From: a virus
DNA length: 64,000 nt
Strand: one strand, 5' to 3'
Virus record (IMG/VR): IMGVR_UViG_2842357229_000002
Coordinates: 300-64,299 of that record
Part shown: positions 63,463-64,000 of the stretch, one piece after another
Layout: every line of letters begins with the position of its first letter
Numbering within the stretch: position 1 is the first letter of the stretch
The notes under the pieces: generated by a model
What the model was told of the DNA's origin: nothing
The model's database searches: none
Seen by the model: the letters and a program-made list of their open reading frames with translations, nothing else
Position numbers and translations under genes: made by a program

Positions 63463-63737
63463 AGACGGCGGCGAATGATAACGGGCCACGCCTGATTGGT
63501 CGCAAGGAGGCTGCAGCCTATTGCAGCGTCACGCCGACATGCTTCTCTATGTGGGTGGCGAGCCACAAGATGCCGCCGGCGATACCCGGCACGCGAAAAT
63601 GGGACAAGAGAGCGATCGACGCCAAGCTTGACGAAATAAGCGGTCTGGCTGTGAATGACAACAAGGCCGAAGGCGGCTTAACCGAATGGAGAAGAAAACG
63701 CGATGCGCGCAAAGCTCAAAGGGCTAATGAAGGTTAA
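63459..63737 (+). CDS. Excisionase-like / AlpA-type HTH protein
   Basis: LIGRKEAAAYC.V...F..WV....P......RKWD; directly before the integrase. Confidence 0.75.
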   Translation: MKTAANDNGPRLIGRKEAAAYCSVTPTCFSMWVASHKMPPAIPGTRKWDKRAIDAKLDEISGLAVNDNKAEGGLTEWRRKRDARKAQRANEG

Positions 63738-64000
63738 GAAGACGCTCGCTAACGGCAAGACCATCTATTACTGCTACGCGTGGCGCAAGGGGCCTCTTTT
63801 AAAGCACAAGGACGGATCGCCCATCCAACCCGGCGACCCGTTGCTTCTGCGTGCCTTTACGGAGGCGACCAAAGATCGCTTTGTCGATCCTTCGGAAACG
63901 ATGGGAGAACTTATCACTGAATTCAAGGCGTCGTCTGAGTTCACGGAAAAGTCAGCGAAGACGCGCAAGGCATACGCGCGATACCTTGACATAATCCGCG
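63703..64000 (+). CDS. int: Tyrosine integrase, N-terminal part (truncated by the window edge)
   Basis: MRAKLKGLMKVKK.LA.G....YYYAW-like arm-binding start, then TMGELITEFKAS.EF...TRKAYARYL core-binding helix; pairs with a tRNA att site. Confidence 0.75.
   Translation, partial: MRAKLKGLMKVKKTLANGKTIYYCYAWRKGPLLKHKDGSPIQPGDPLLLRAFTEATKDRFVDPSETMGELITEFKASSEFTEKSAKTRKAYARYLDIIR

Noticed and set aside
4247-63482. ANDN as a DNA-level repeat (protein-binding site or mobile repeat)
   Set aside because: Copies are always in frame on the coding strand and differ only at synonymous positions, so a peptide-level explanation is preferred

Overview
Nearly the whole window (about 2992 to beyond 64000) is an apparently intact temperate siphovirus-like prophage of an alphaproteobacterial host; a Rhizobiaceae-like host is inferred from gene families and promoter style. 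Its left boundary is a 51-bp duplicated 3' fragment of tRNA-Lys(CTT) at 2992-3042, and the tyrosine integrase begins at 63703 and runs off the right edge. On the minus strand, reading right to left, are: early and recombination genes (RNA ligase, Sak4-like ATPase, SSB-like DUF669, nucleotidyltransferase, DnaN clamp, Cas4-like nuclease, ECF-like sigma, SF2 helicase); replication genes (two adenine methyltransferases, a PrimPol-helicase, a GGGACAA iteron array); HK97-type head and non-contractile tail genes with several homing endonucleases; a tailspike; a lysis cassette; a second fibre module; and a nucleotide-hydrolase cargo operon. Two plus-strand morons (an RgpF-like glycan protein and a small exported protein) interrupt the late region. 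Positions 1-2990 lie outside the att site and look like a defence-type cargo cluster. The most unusual signals are not gene families. (1) The peptide ANDN, the start of the alphaproteobacterial ssrA tag, occurs 21 times in 16 unrelated phage proteins, and four of these end in complete ssrA-like tails (ANDN-x-AA). (2) A ~570-nt highly structured non-coding RNA sits at the head of the late operon. (3) An operator-controlled ~210-nt small RNA carries segments complementary to a leader/RBS motif shared by many phage genes. (4) Five hairpins share an identical CCACCAA loop in front of genes. (5) A palindromic ACAAATTTGT operator occurs at seven sites, near a pair of repressors of which one lacks the self-cleavage residues. 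All calls come from reading the sequence; no database searches were run.
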